Below, one piece after another: positions 1 through 11,400 of a stretch of 64,000 nucleotides of DNA (its first letter is position 1; each line of letters begins with the position of its first letter). Location: assembly GCA_032718475.1 (NCBI GenBank), contig JAUCBJ010001183.1:8773-72772 (forward strand), given 5' to 3'. The position numbers were made by a program, and so were the translations under genes. The DNA is from Nemertoderma westbladi. Its lineage: Eukaryota; Animalia; Xenacoelomorpha. Under the pieces are notes generated by a model. It searched no databases and was not told where the DNA came from. It worked only from the letters and a program-made list of their open reading frames with translations.

Positions 1-2
1 TA

Positions 3-92
3 ATGATACGTTACGAACGTGCAGTTAAGGCATTTTCAGACTTTCTTAGTTCTGCCAAGACAAAAGACCATTTTCAATGGTCTTTAAAGTAA
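3..92 (+). CDS. Possible C-terminal fragment or last exon of an unidentified gene (MIRYERAVKAFSDFLSSAKTKDHFQWSLK*)
   Basis: The frame is open from the window edge to TAA at 90-92 and gives a protein-like residue mix. It is followed by more AT-rich sequence with AATAAA at 128-133. It is only 29 codons, so chance is not excluded, and I recognise no family. Confidence 0.25.
   Translation: MIRYERAVKAFSDFLSSAKTKDHFQWSLK
63..85. other. Perfect 10-bp inverted repeat with 3-nt loop
   Basis: AAAGACCATT (63-72), TTC, AATGGTCTTT (76-85). The structure is read directly from sequence; function unknown. Confidence 0.8.
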
Positions 93-436
93 AGTAAATA
101 GTTGAAGATGATAGAAAACGTCAACCCAATAAATTAGGTATCACATAAACTGAATTTTTTTTGTATTTAAATATACTGTACTAACTATGTAGTATGGTTG
201 ATTTTATATTTACTAATGTGCCATAAACATTTAATGAATGCAATAATTGTGATTTTTATAAAATAGAATCTGCAGTGCAAGATAAAATTGGAATGCTCCT
301 TTTTTATGATTGTGGTCAGTGCAGCTGCTGGACAGCATATGCCTACTTGCTCTAATATATGATATAATCAATGTAGTTTTGTTTGGAAAGATATCATGCA
401 GCATATCATTTGAAAGATAATTGCAAATTAAATATT

Positions 437-489
437 AATACTGCACCGTATTCGGGCGCATCGCGAGAAGCATATCGATCGCGCAATAT
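437..489. other. CpG-rich, self-complementary junction segment adjoining the first monomer
   Basis: Eight CpGs in 447-483, versus four in 1-440. Stems: AATAC(437-441)/GTATT(448-452), and GCGCATCG(456-463)/CGATCGCGC(476-484, one bulge). Contains palindromes TCGCGA, ATCGAT and CGATCG. Confidence 0.7.
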
Positions 490-3400
490 CAAAACTTAGA
501 GTGCTGTGTGAACCCGGTAGATGAGTAGTAGAGTGCTGTGTGAACCCGGTAGATGAGTAGTAGAGTAAACAAAACTTAGAGTGCTGTGTGAACCCGGTAG
601 ATGAGTAGTAGAGTGCTGTGTGAACCCGGTAGATGAGTAGTAGAGTAAACAAAACTTAGAGTGCTGTGTGAACCCGGTAGATGAGTAGTAGAGTAAACAA
701 AACTTAGAGTGCTGTGTGAACCCGGTAGATGAGTAGTAGAGTAAACAAAACTTTGAGTGCTGTGTGAACCCGGTAGATGAGTAGTAGAGTAAACAAAACT
801 TAGAGTGCTGTGTGAACCCGGTAGATGAGTAGTAGAGTAAACACAACTTTGAGTGCTGAGTGAACCCGGTAGATGAGTAGTAGAGTAAACAAAACTTAGA
901 GTGCTGAGTGAACCCGGTAGATGAGTAGTAGAGTAAACAAAACTTAGAGTGCTGTGTGAACCCGGTAGAGGAGTAGTAGAGTAAACAAAACTTAGAGTGC
1001 TGTGTGAACCCGGTAGATGAGTAGTAGAGTAAACAAAACTTAGAGTGCTGTGTGAACCCGGTAGATGAGTAGTAGAGTAAACAAAACTTAGAGTGCTGTG
1101 TGAACCCGGTAGATGAGTAGTAGAGTAAACAAAACTTTGAGTGCTGTGTGAACCCGGTAGATGAGTAGTAGAGTAAACAAAACTTAGAGTGCTGTGTGAA
1201 CCCGGTAGATGAGTAGTAGAGTAAACAAAACTTAGAGTGCTGTGTGAACCCGGTAGATGAGTAGTAGAGTAAACAAAACTTAGAGTGCTGTGTGAACCCG
1301 GTAGATGAGTAGTAGAGTGCTGTGTGAACCCGGTAGATGAGCAGGAAAGTAAACAAAAGTTAGAGTGCTGTGTGAACCCGGTAGATGAGTAGTAGAGTGC
1401 TGTGTGAACCCGGTAGATGAGTAGTAGAGTAAACAAAAGTTAGAGTGCTGTGTGAACCCGGTAGATGAGTAGTAGAGTAAACAAAACTTAGAGTGCTGTG
1501 TGAACCCGGTAGATGAGCAGGAAAGTAAACAAAAGTTAGAGTGCTGTGTGAACCCGGTAGATGAGTAGTAGAGTAAACAAAACTTAGAGTGCTGTGTGAA
1601 CCCGGTAGATGAGTAGTAGAGTAAACAAAAGTTAGAGTGCTGTGTGAACCCGGTAGATGAGTAGTAGAGTAAACAAAACTTAGAGTGCTGTGTGAACCCG
1701 GTAGATGAGCAGGAAAGTAAACAAAAGTTAGAGTGCTGTGTGAACCCGGTAGATGAGTAGTAGAGTAAACAAAACTTAGAGTGCTGTGTGAACCCGGTAG
1801 ATGAGTAGTAGAGTAAACAAAACTTAGACTGCTGTGTGAACCCGGTAGATGAGTAGTAGAGTAAACAAAACTTAGAGTGCTGTGTGAACCCGGTAGATGA
1901 GTAGTAGAGTGCTGTGTGAACCCGGTAGATGAGCAGGAAAGTAAACAAAAGTTAGAGTGCTGTGTGAACCCGGTAGATGAGTAGTAGAGTGCTGTGTGAA
2001 CCCGGTAGATGAGTAGTAGAGTAAACAAAAGTTAGAGTGCTGTGTGAAACCGGTAGATGAGTAGTAGAGTAAACAAAACTTAGAGTGCTGTGTGAACCCG
2101 GTAGATGAGCAGGAAAGTAAACAAAAGTTAGAGTGCTATGTGAACCCGGTAGATGAGTAGTAGAGTAAACAAAACTTAGAGTGCTGTATGAACCCGGTAG
2201 ATGAGTAGTAGAGTGCTGTGTGAACCCGATAGATGAGTAGTAGAGTAAACAAAACTTAGAGTGCTGTGTGAACCCGGTAGATGAGTAGTAGAGTAAACAA
2301 AACTTAGAGTGCTGTGTGAACCCGGTAGATGAGTAGTAGAGTAAACAAAACTTTGAGTGCTGTGTGAACCCGGTAGATGAGTAGTAGAGTAAACAAAACT
2401 TAGAGTGCTGTGTGAACCCGGTAGATGAGCAGGAAAGTAAACAAAAGTTAGAGTGCTGTGTGAACCCGGTAGATGAGTAGTAGAGTAAACAAAACTTAGA
2501 GTGCTGTGTGAACCCGGTAGATGAGTAGTAGAGTAAACAAAACTTTGAGTACTGTGTGAACCCGATAGATGAGTAGTAGAGTGCTGTGTGAACCCGGTAG
2601 ATGAGTAGTAGAGTAAACAAAACTTAGAGTGGTGTGTGAACCCGGTAGAGGAGTAGTAGAGTAAACAAAACTTAGAGTGCTGTGTGAACCCGGTAGATGA
2701 GTAGTAGAATAAACAAAACTTTGAGTGCTGTGTGAACCCGGTAGATGAGCAGTAGAGTAAACAAAACATAGAGTGCTGTGTGAACCCGGTAGATGAGTAG
2801 TAGAGTAAACAAAACTTAGAGTGCTGTGTGAACCCGGTAGATGAGTAGTAGAGTAAACAAAACTTAGAGTTCTGTGTGAACCCGGTAGCTGAGTAGTAGA
2901 GTAAACAAAACTTAGAGTGCTGTGTGAACCCGGTAGATGAGTAGTAGAGTAAACAAAACTTAGAGTGCTGTGTGAACCCGGTAGATGAGTAGTAGAGTAA
3001 ACAAAACTTAGAGTGCTGTGTGAACCCGGTAGATGAGTAGTAGAGTAAACAAAACTTAGAGTGCTGTGTGAACCCGGTAGATGAGTAGTAGAGTAAACAA
3101 AACTTAGAGTGCTGTGTGAACCCGGTAGATGAGTAGTAGAGTAAACAAAACTTAGAGTGCTGTGTGAACCCGGTAGATGAGTAGTAGAGTAAACAAAACT
3201 TAGAGTGCTGTGTGAACCCGGTAGATGAGTAGTAGAGTAAACAAAACTTAGAGTGCTGTGTGAACCCGGTAGATGAGTAGTAGAGTAAACAAAACTTAGA
3301 GTGCTGTGTGAACCCGATAGATGAGTAGTAGAGTAAACAAAACTTAGAGTGCTGTGTGAACCCGGTAGATGAGTAGTAGAGTAAACAAAACGTAGAGTGC

Positions 3401-6400
3401 TGTGTGAACCCGGTAGATGAGTAGTAGAGTAAACAAAACGCTATGTGAACCTGGTAGATGAGTAGTAGAGTAAACAAAACTTAGAGTGCTGTGTGAACCC
3501 GGTAGATGAGTAGTAGAGTAAACAAAACGTAGAGTGCTGTGTGAACCCGGTAGATGAGTAGTAGAGTAAACAAAACTTAGAGTGGTGTGTGAACCCGGTA
3601 GAGGAGTAGTAGAGTAAACAAAACTTAGAGTGCTGTGTGAACCCGGTAGATGAGTAGTAGAATAAACAAAACTTTGAGTGCTGTGTGAACCCGGTAGATG
3701 AGTAGTAGAGTAAACAAAACTTAGAGTGCTGTGTGAACCCGGTAGATGAGTAGTAGAGTAAACAAAACTTAGAGTGCTGTGTGAACCCGGTAGATGAGTA
3801 GTAGAGTAAACAAAACTTAGAGTGGTGTGTGAACCCGGTAGAGGAGTAGTAGAGTAAACAAAACTTAGAGTGCTGTGTGAACCCGGTAGATGAGTAGTAG
3901 AATAAACAAAACTTTGAGTGCTGTGTGAACCCGGTAGCTGAGTAGTAGAGTAAACAAAAATTAGAGTGCTGTGTGAACCCGGTAGATGAGTAGTAGAGTA
4001 AACAAAACTTAGAGTGCTGTGTGAACCCGGTAGATGAGTAGTAGAGTAAACAAAACTTAGAGTGCTGTGTGAACCCGATATATGAGTAGTAGAGTAAACA
4101 AAACTTAGAGTGCTGTGTGAACCCGGTAGATGAGTAGTAGAGTAAACAAAACTTAGAGTGCTGTGTGAACCCGATAGATGAGTAGTAGAGTAAACAAAAC
4201 TTAGAGTGCTGTGTGAACCCGGTAGATGAGTAGTAGAGTAAACAAAACGTAGAGTGCTGTGTGAACCCGGTAGATAAGTAGTAGAGTAAACAAAACGCTA
4301 TGTGAACCTGGTAGATGAGTAGTAGAGTAAACAAAACTTAGAGTGCTGTGTGAACCCGGTAGATGAGTAGTAGAGTAAACAAAACGCAGAGTGCTGTGTG
4401 AACCCGGTAGATGAGTAGTAGAGTAAACAAAACGCTATGTGAACCTGGTAGATGAGTAGTAGAGTAAACAAAACTTTGAGTGCTGTGTGAACCCGGTAGA
4501 TGAGTAGTAGAGTAAACAAAACTTAGAGTGCTGTGTGAACCCGGTAGATGAGTAGTAGAGTAAACACAACTTAGAGTGCTATGTGAACCCGGTAGCTGAG
4601 TAGTAGAGTAAACAAAACGTAGAGTGCTGTGTGAACCCGGTAGATGAGTAGTAGAGTGCTGTGTGAACCCGGTAGATGAGCAGGAAAGTAAACAAAAGTT
4701 AGAGTGCTGTGTGAACCCGGTAGATGAGTAGTAAAGTGCTGTGTGAACCCGGTAGATGAGTAGTAGAGTAAACAAAACTTAGAGTGCTGTATGAACCCGG
4801 TAGATGAGTAGTAGAGTAAACAAAACTTAGAGTGCTATGTGAACCCGGTAGATGAGTAGTAGAGTAAACAAAACTTAGAGTGCTGTGTGAACCCGGTAGA
4901 TGAGTAGTAGAGTAAACAAAACTTTGAGTGCTGTGTGAACCCGGTAGATGAGTAGTAGAGTAAACAAAACTTAGAGTGCTGTGTGAACCCGGTAGATGAG
5001 TAGTAGAGTAAACAAAACTTAGAGTGCTGTGTGAACCCGGTAGATGAGTAGTAGAGTAAACAAAACTTAGAGTGCTGTGTGAACCCGGTAGAGGAGTAGT
5101 AGAGTAAACAATACTTAGAGTGCTGTGTGAACCCGGTAGCTGAGTAGTAGAGTAAACAAAACTTTGAGTGCTGTGTGAACCTGGTAGAGGAGTAGTAGAG
5201 TAAACAAAACTTAGAGTGCTGTGTGAACCCGGTAGAGGAGTAGTAGAGTAAACAAAACTTAGAGTGCTGTGTGAACCCGGTAGAGGAGTAGTAGAGTAAA
5301 CAATACTTAGAGTGCTGTGTGAACCCGGTAGATGAGTAGTAGAGTGCTGTGTGAACCCGGTAGATGAGTAGTAGAGTAAACAAAACTTTGAGTGCTGTGT
5401 GAACCCGGTAGATGAGTAGTAGAGTAAACAAAACTTAGAGTGCTGTGTGAACCCGGTAGATGAGTAGTAGAGTAAACAAAACTTAGAGTGCTGTGTGAAC
5501 CCGGTAGATGAGTAGTAGAGTAAACAAAACTTAGAGTGCTGTGTGAACCCGGTAGAGGAGTAGTAGAGTAAACAATACTTAGAGTGCTGTGTGAACCCGG
5601 TAGCTGAGTAGTAGAGTAAACAAAACTTTGAGTGCTGTGTGAACCCGGTAGAGGAGTAGTAGAGTAAACAAAACTTAGAGTGCTGTGTGAACCCGGTAGA
5701 GGAGTAGTAGAGTAAACAAAACTTGGAGTGCTGTGTGAACCCGGTAGAGGAGTAGTAGAGTAAACAAAACTTAGAGTGCTGTGTGAACCCGGTAGATGAG
5801 TAGTAGAGTAAACAAAACTTAGAGTGCTGTGTGAACCCGGTAGATGAGTAGTAGAGTAAACAAAACCTAGAGTGCTGTGTGAACCCGGTAGAGGTGTAGT
5901 AGAGTAAACAAAACTTAGAGTGCTGTGTGAACCCGGTAGCTGAGTAGTAGAGTAAACAAAACTTTGAGTGCTGTGTGAACCCGGTAGAGGAGTAGTAGAG
6001 TAAACAAAACTTAGAGTGCTGTGTGAACCCGGTAGATGAGTAGTAGAGTAAACAAAACTTAGAGTGCTGTGTGAACCCGGTAGAGGAGTAGTAGAGTAAA
6101 CAAAACTTAGAGTGCTGTGTGAACCCGGTAGATGAGTAGTAGAGTAAACAAAACTTAGAGTGCTGTGTGAACCCGGTAGAGGAGTAGTAGACTAAACAAA
6201 ACTTAGAGTGCTGTGTGAACCCGGTAGAGGAGTAGTAGAGTAAACAAAACTTAGAGTGCTGTGTGAACCCGGTAGATGAGTAGTAGAGTAAACAAAACTT
6301 AGAGTGCTGTGTGAACCCGGTAGATGAGTAGTAGAATAAACAAAACTTTGAGTGCTGTGTGAACCCGGTAGATGAGTAGTAGAGTAAACAAAACTTAGAG

Positions 6401-6439
6401 TGCTGTGTGAACCCGGTAGATGAGTAGTAGAGTAAACAA

Positions 6440-8150
6440 AACGCTATGTGAACCTGGAAGATGAGTAGTAGAGTAAACAAAACTTAGAGTGGTGTGTGAA
6501 CCCGGTAGATGAGTAGTAGAGTAAACAAAACTTAGAGTGCTGTGTGAACCCGGTAGATGAGTAGTAGAGTAAACAAAACTTAGAGTTCTGTGTGAACCCG
6601 GTAGATGAGTAGTAGAGTGCTGTGTGAACCCGGTAGATGAGTAGTAGAATAAACAAAACTTTGAGTGCTGTGTGAACCCGGTAGATGAGTAGTAGAGTAA
6701 ACAAAACTTAGAGTGCTGTGTGAACCCGGTAGATGAGTAGTAGAGTAAACAAAACGCTATGTGAACCTGGAAGATGAGTAGTAGAGTAAACAAAACTTAG
6801 AGTGGTGTGTGAACCCGGTAGATGAGTAGTAGAGTAAACAAAACTTAGAGTGCTGTGTGAACCCGGTAGAGGAGTAGTAGAGTAAACAAAACTTAGAGTG
6901 CTGTGTGAACCCGGTAGATGAGTAGTAGAATAAACAAAACTTTGAGTGCTGTGTGAACCCGGTAGATGAGTAGTAGAGTAAACAAAACTTAGAGTGCTGT
7001 GTGAACCCGGTAGATGAGTAGTAGAGTAAACAAAACGCTATGTGAACCTGGAAGATGAGTAGTAGAGTAAACAAAACTTAGAGTGGTGTGTGAACCCGGT
7101 AGAGGAGTAGTAGAGTAAACAAAACTTAGAGTGCTGTGTGAACCCGGTAGATGAGTAGTAGAGTAAACAAAACTTAGAGTGCTGTGTGAACCCGGTAGAG
7201 GAGTAGTAGAGTAAACAAAACTTAGAGTGCTGTGTGAACCCGGTAGATGAGTAGTAGAGTAAACAAAACTTAGAGTGCTGTGTGAACCCGGTAGATGAGT
7301 AGTAGAATAAACAAAACTTTGAGTGCTGTGTGAACCCGGTAGATGAGTAGTAGAGTAAACAAAACTTAGAGTGCTGTGTGAACCCGGTAGATGAGTAGTA
7401 GAGTAAACAAAACGCTATGTGAACCTGGAAGATGAGTAGTAGAGTAAACAAAACTTAGAGTGGTGTGTGAACCCGGTAGATGAGTAGTAGAGTAAACAAA
7501 ACTTAGAGTGCTGTGTGAACCCGGTAGATGAGTAGTAGAGTAAACAAAACTTAGAGTTCTGTGTGAACCCGGTAGATGAGTAGTAGAGTGCTGTGTGAAC
7601 CCGGTAGATGAGTAGTAGAATAAACAAAACTTTGAGTGCTGTGTGAACCCGGTAGATGAGTAGTAGAGTAAACAAAACTTAGAGTGCTGTGTGAACCCGG
7701 TAGATGAGTAGTAGAGTAAACAAAACGCTATGTGAACCTGGAAGATGAGTAGTAGAGTAAACAAAACTTAGAGTGGTGTGTGAACCCGGTAGATGAGTAG
7801 TAGAGTAAACAAAACTTAGAGTGCTATGTGAACCCGGTAGAGGAGTAGTAGAGTAAACAAAACTTAGAGTGCTGTGTGAACCCGGTAGATGAGTAGTAGA
7901 ATAAACAAAACTTTGAGTGCTGTGTGAACCCGGTAGATGAGTAGTAGAGTAAACAAAACTTAGAGTGCTGTGTGAACCCGGTAGATGAGTAGTAGAGTAA
8001 ACAAAACGCTATGTGAACCTGGAAGATGAGTAGTAGAGTAAACAAAACTTAGAGTGGTGTGTGAACCCGGTAGAGGAGTAGTAGAGTAAACAAAACTTAG
8101 AGTGCTGTGTGAACCCGGTAGATGAGTAGTAGAGTAAAGAAAACTTAGAG
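6440..8150. repeat. 971-bp higher-order duplication built from 313/281/377-bp sub-blocks
   Basis: The 41-bp GCTATGTGAACCTGGAAG unit recurs with spacings 313, 281, 377, 313, 281 (matching ORF-track starts 6480, 6793, 7074, 7451, 7764, 8045). Boundaries approximate. Confidence 0.8.
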
Positions 8151-8489
8151 TGCAGTGTGAACCCGGTAGAGAAGTAGTAGAGTAAACAAAACTTAGAGTG
8201 CTGTGTGAACCCGGTAGATGAGTAGTAGAGTAAACAAAACTTAGAGTTCTGTGTGAACCCGGTAGATGAGTAGTAGAGTAAACAAAACTGTGAGTGCTGT
8301 GTGAACCCGGTAGATGAGTAGTAGAGTAAACAAAACTTAGAGTGCTGTGTGAACCCGGTAGATGAGTAGTAGAATAAACAAAACTTTGAGTGCTGTGTGA
8401 ACCCGGTAGATGAGTAGTAGAGTAAACAAAACTTAGAGTGCTGTGTGAACCCGGTAGATGAGTAGTAGAGTAAACAAAACGCTATGTGA

Positions 8490-11400
8490 ACCCGGTAGAT
8501 GAGTAGTAGAGTAAACAAAACTTAGAGTGCTGTGTGAACCCGGTAGATGAGTAGTAGAGTAAACAAAACTTAGAGTTCTGTGTGAACCCGGTAGCTGAGT
8601 AGTACAGTAAACAAAACTTAGAGTGCTGTGTGAACCCGGTAGATGAGTAGTAGAGCAAACAAAACTTTGAGTGCTGTGTGAACCCGGTAGATGAATAGTA
8701 AAGTAAACAAAACTTAGAGTGCTGTGTGAACCCGGTAGATGAGTAGTAGAGTAAACAAAACTTAGAGTGCTATGTGAACCCGGTAGATGAGTAGTAGAGT
8801 AAACAAAACGCTATGTGAACCTGGTAGATGAGTAGTACAGTAAACAAAACTTAGAGTGGTGTGTGAACCCGGTAGATGAGTAGTAGAGTAAACAAAACTT
8901 AGAGTGCTGTGTGAACCCGGTAGATGAGTAGTAGAGCAAACAAAACTTTGAGTGCTGTGTGAACCCGGTAGATGAATAGTAAAGTAAACAAAACGTAGAG
9001 TGCTGTGTGAACCCGGTAGATGAGTAGTAGAGTGCTGTGTGAACCCGGTAGATGAGCAGGAAAGTAAACAAAAGTTAGAGTGCTGTGTGAACCCGGTAGA
9101 TGAGTAGTAGAGTGCTGTGTGAACCCGGTAGATGAGTAGTAGAGTAAACAAAACTTAGAGTGCTGTGTGAACCCGGTAGATGAGTAGTAGAGTAAACAAA
9201 ACTTAGAGTGCTATGTGAACCCGGTAGATGAGTAGTAGAGTAAACAAAACTTTGAGTGCTGTGTGAACCCGGTAGATGAGTAGTAGAGTAAACAAAACTT
9301 AGAGTGCTGTGTGAACCCGGTAGATGAGTAGTAGAGTAAACAAAACTTAGAGTGCTGTGTGAACCCGGTAGAGGAGTAGTAGAGTAAACAATACTTAGAG
9401 TGCTGTGTGAACCCGGTAGCTGAGTAGTAGAGTAAACAAAACTTTGAGTGCTGTGTGAACCCGGTAGAGGAGTAGTAGAGTAAACAAAACTTAGAGTGCT
9501 GTGTGAACCCGGTAGAGGAGTAGTAGAGTAAACAAAACTTAGAGTGCTGTGTGAACCCGGTAGAGGAGTAGTAGAGTAAACAATACTTAGAGTGCTGTGT
9601 GAACCCGGTAGATGAGTAGTAGAGTGCTGTGTGAAGCCGGTAGATGAGTAGTAGAGTAAACAAAACTTTGAGTGCTGTGTGAACCCGGTAGATGAGTAGT
9701 AGAGTAAACAAAACTTAGAGTGCTGTGTGAACCCGGTAGATGAGTAGTAGAGTAAACAAAACTTAGAGTGCTGTGTGAACCCGGTAGATGAGTAGTAGAG
9801 TAAACAAAACTTAGAGTGCTGTGTGAACCCGGTAGAGGAGTAGTAGAGTAAACAATACTTAGAGTGCTGTGTGAACCCGGTAGCTGAGTAGTAGAGTAAA
9901 CAAAACTTTGAGTGCTGTGTGAACCCGGTAGAGGAGTAGTAGAGTAAACAAAACTTAGAGTGCTGTGTGAACCCGGTAGAGGAGTAGTAGAGTAAACAAA
10001 ACTTGGAGTGCTGTGTGAACCCGGTAGAGGAGTAGTAGAGTAAACAAAACTTAGAGTGCTGTGTGAACCCGGTAGATGAGTAGTAGAGTAAACAAAACTT
10101 AGAGTGCTGTGTGAACCCGGTAGATGAGTAGTAGAGTAAACAAAACTTAGAGTGCTGTGTGAACCCGGTAGAGGAGTAGTAGAGTAAACAAAACTTAGAG
10201 TGCTGTGTGAACCCGGTAGCTGAGTAGTAGAGTAAACAAAACTTTGAGTGCTGTGTGAACCCGGTAGAGGAGTAGTAGAGTAAACAAAACTTAGAGTGCT
10301 GTGTGAACCCGGTAGATGAGTAGTAGAGTAAACAAAACTTAGAGTGCTGTGTGAACCCGGTAGAGGAGTAGTAGAGTAAACAAAACTTAGAGTGCTGTGT
10401 GAACCCGGTAGATGAGTAGTAGAGTAAACAAAACTTAGAGTGCTGTGTGAACCCGGTAGAGGAGTAGTAGACTAAACAAAACTTAGATTGCTGTGTGAAC
10501 TCGGTAGAGGAGTAGTAGAGTAAACAAAACTTAGAGTGCTGTGTGAACCCGGTAGATGAGTAGTAGAGTAAACAAAACTTAGAGTGCTGTGTGAACCCGG
10601 TAGATGAGTAGTAGAATAAACAAAACTTTGAGTGCTGTGTGAACCCGGTAGATGAGTAGTAGAGTAAACAAAACTTAGAGTGCTGTGTGAACCCGGTAGA
10701 TGAGTAGTAGAGTAAACAAAACGCTATGTGAACCTGGAAGATGAGTAGTAGAGTAAACAAAACTTAGAGTGGTGTGTGAACCCGGTAGATGAGTAGTAGA
10801 GTAAACAAAACTTAGAGTGCTGTGTGAACCCGGTAGATGAGTAGTAGAGTAAACAAAACTTAGAGTTCTGTGTGAACCCGGTAGATGAGTAGTAGAGTGC
10901 TGTGTGAACCCGGTAGATGAGTAGTAGAATAAACAAAACTTTGAGTGCTGTGTGAACCCGGTAGATGAGTAGTAGAGTAAACAAAACTTAGAGTGCTGTG
11001 TGAACCCGGTAGATGAGTAGTAGAGTAAACAAAACGCTATGTGAACCTGGAAGATGAGTAGTAGAGTAAACAAAACTTAGAGTGGTGTGTGAACCCAGTA
11101 GATGAGTAGTAGAGTAAACAAAACTTAGAGTGCTGTGTGAACCCGGTAGATGAGTAGTAGAGTAAACAAAACTTAGAGTGCTGTGTGAACCCGGTAGATG
11201 AGTAGTAGAGTAAACAAAACTTAGAGTTCTGTGTGAACCCGGTAGCTGAGTAGTACAGTAAACAAAACTTAGAGTGCTGTGTGAACCCGGTAGATGAGTA
11301 GTAGAGCAAACAAAACTTTGAGTGCTGTGTGAACCCGGTAGATGAATAGTAAAGTAAACAAAACTTAGAGTGCTGTGTGAACCCGGTAGATGAGTAGTAG

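Larger units (their letters stand above)
1..489. other. Unique, mostly AT-rich flank of the array
   Basis: No satellite monomers. A/T runs (e.g. T-run at 155-162) dominate 93-440. The sequence switches to GC/CpG-rich at 441-484. Confidence 0.9.

Noticed and set aside
63-85. Hairpin as a rho-independent terminator
   Set aside because: The stem is AT-rich, has no distinct following U-tract on the + strand and lies inside the putative frame. Nothing else here indicates a prokaryotic context.
375-384. AGTTTTGTTT in the flank is the reverse complement of satellite AAACAAAACT
   Set aside because: A 10-bp low-complexity match in AT-rich DNA that does not extend, so it is plausibly chance.
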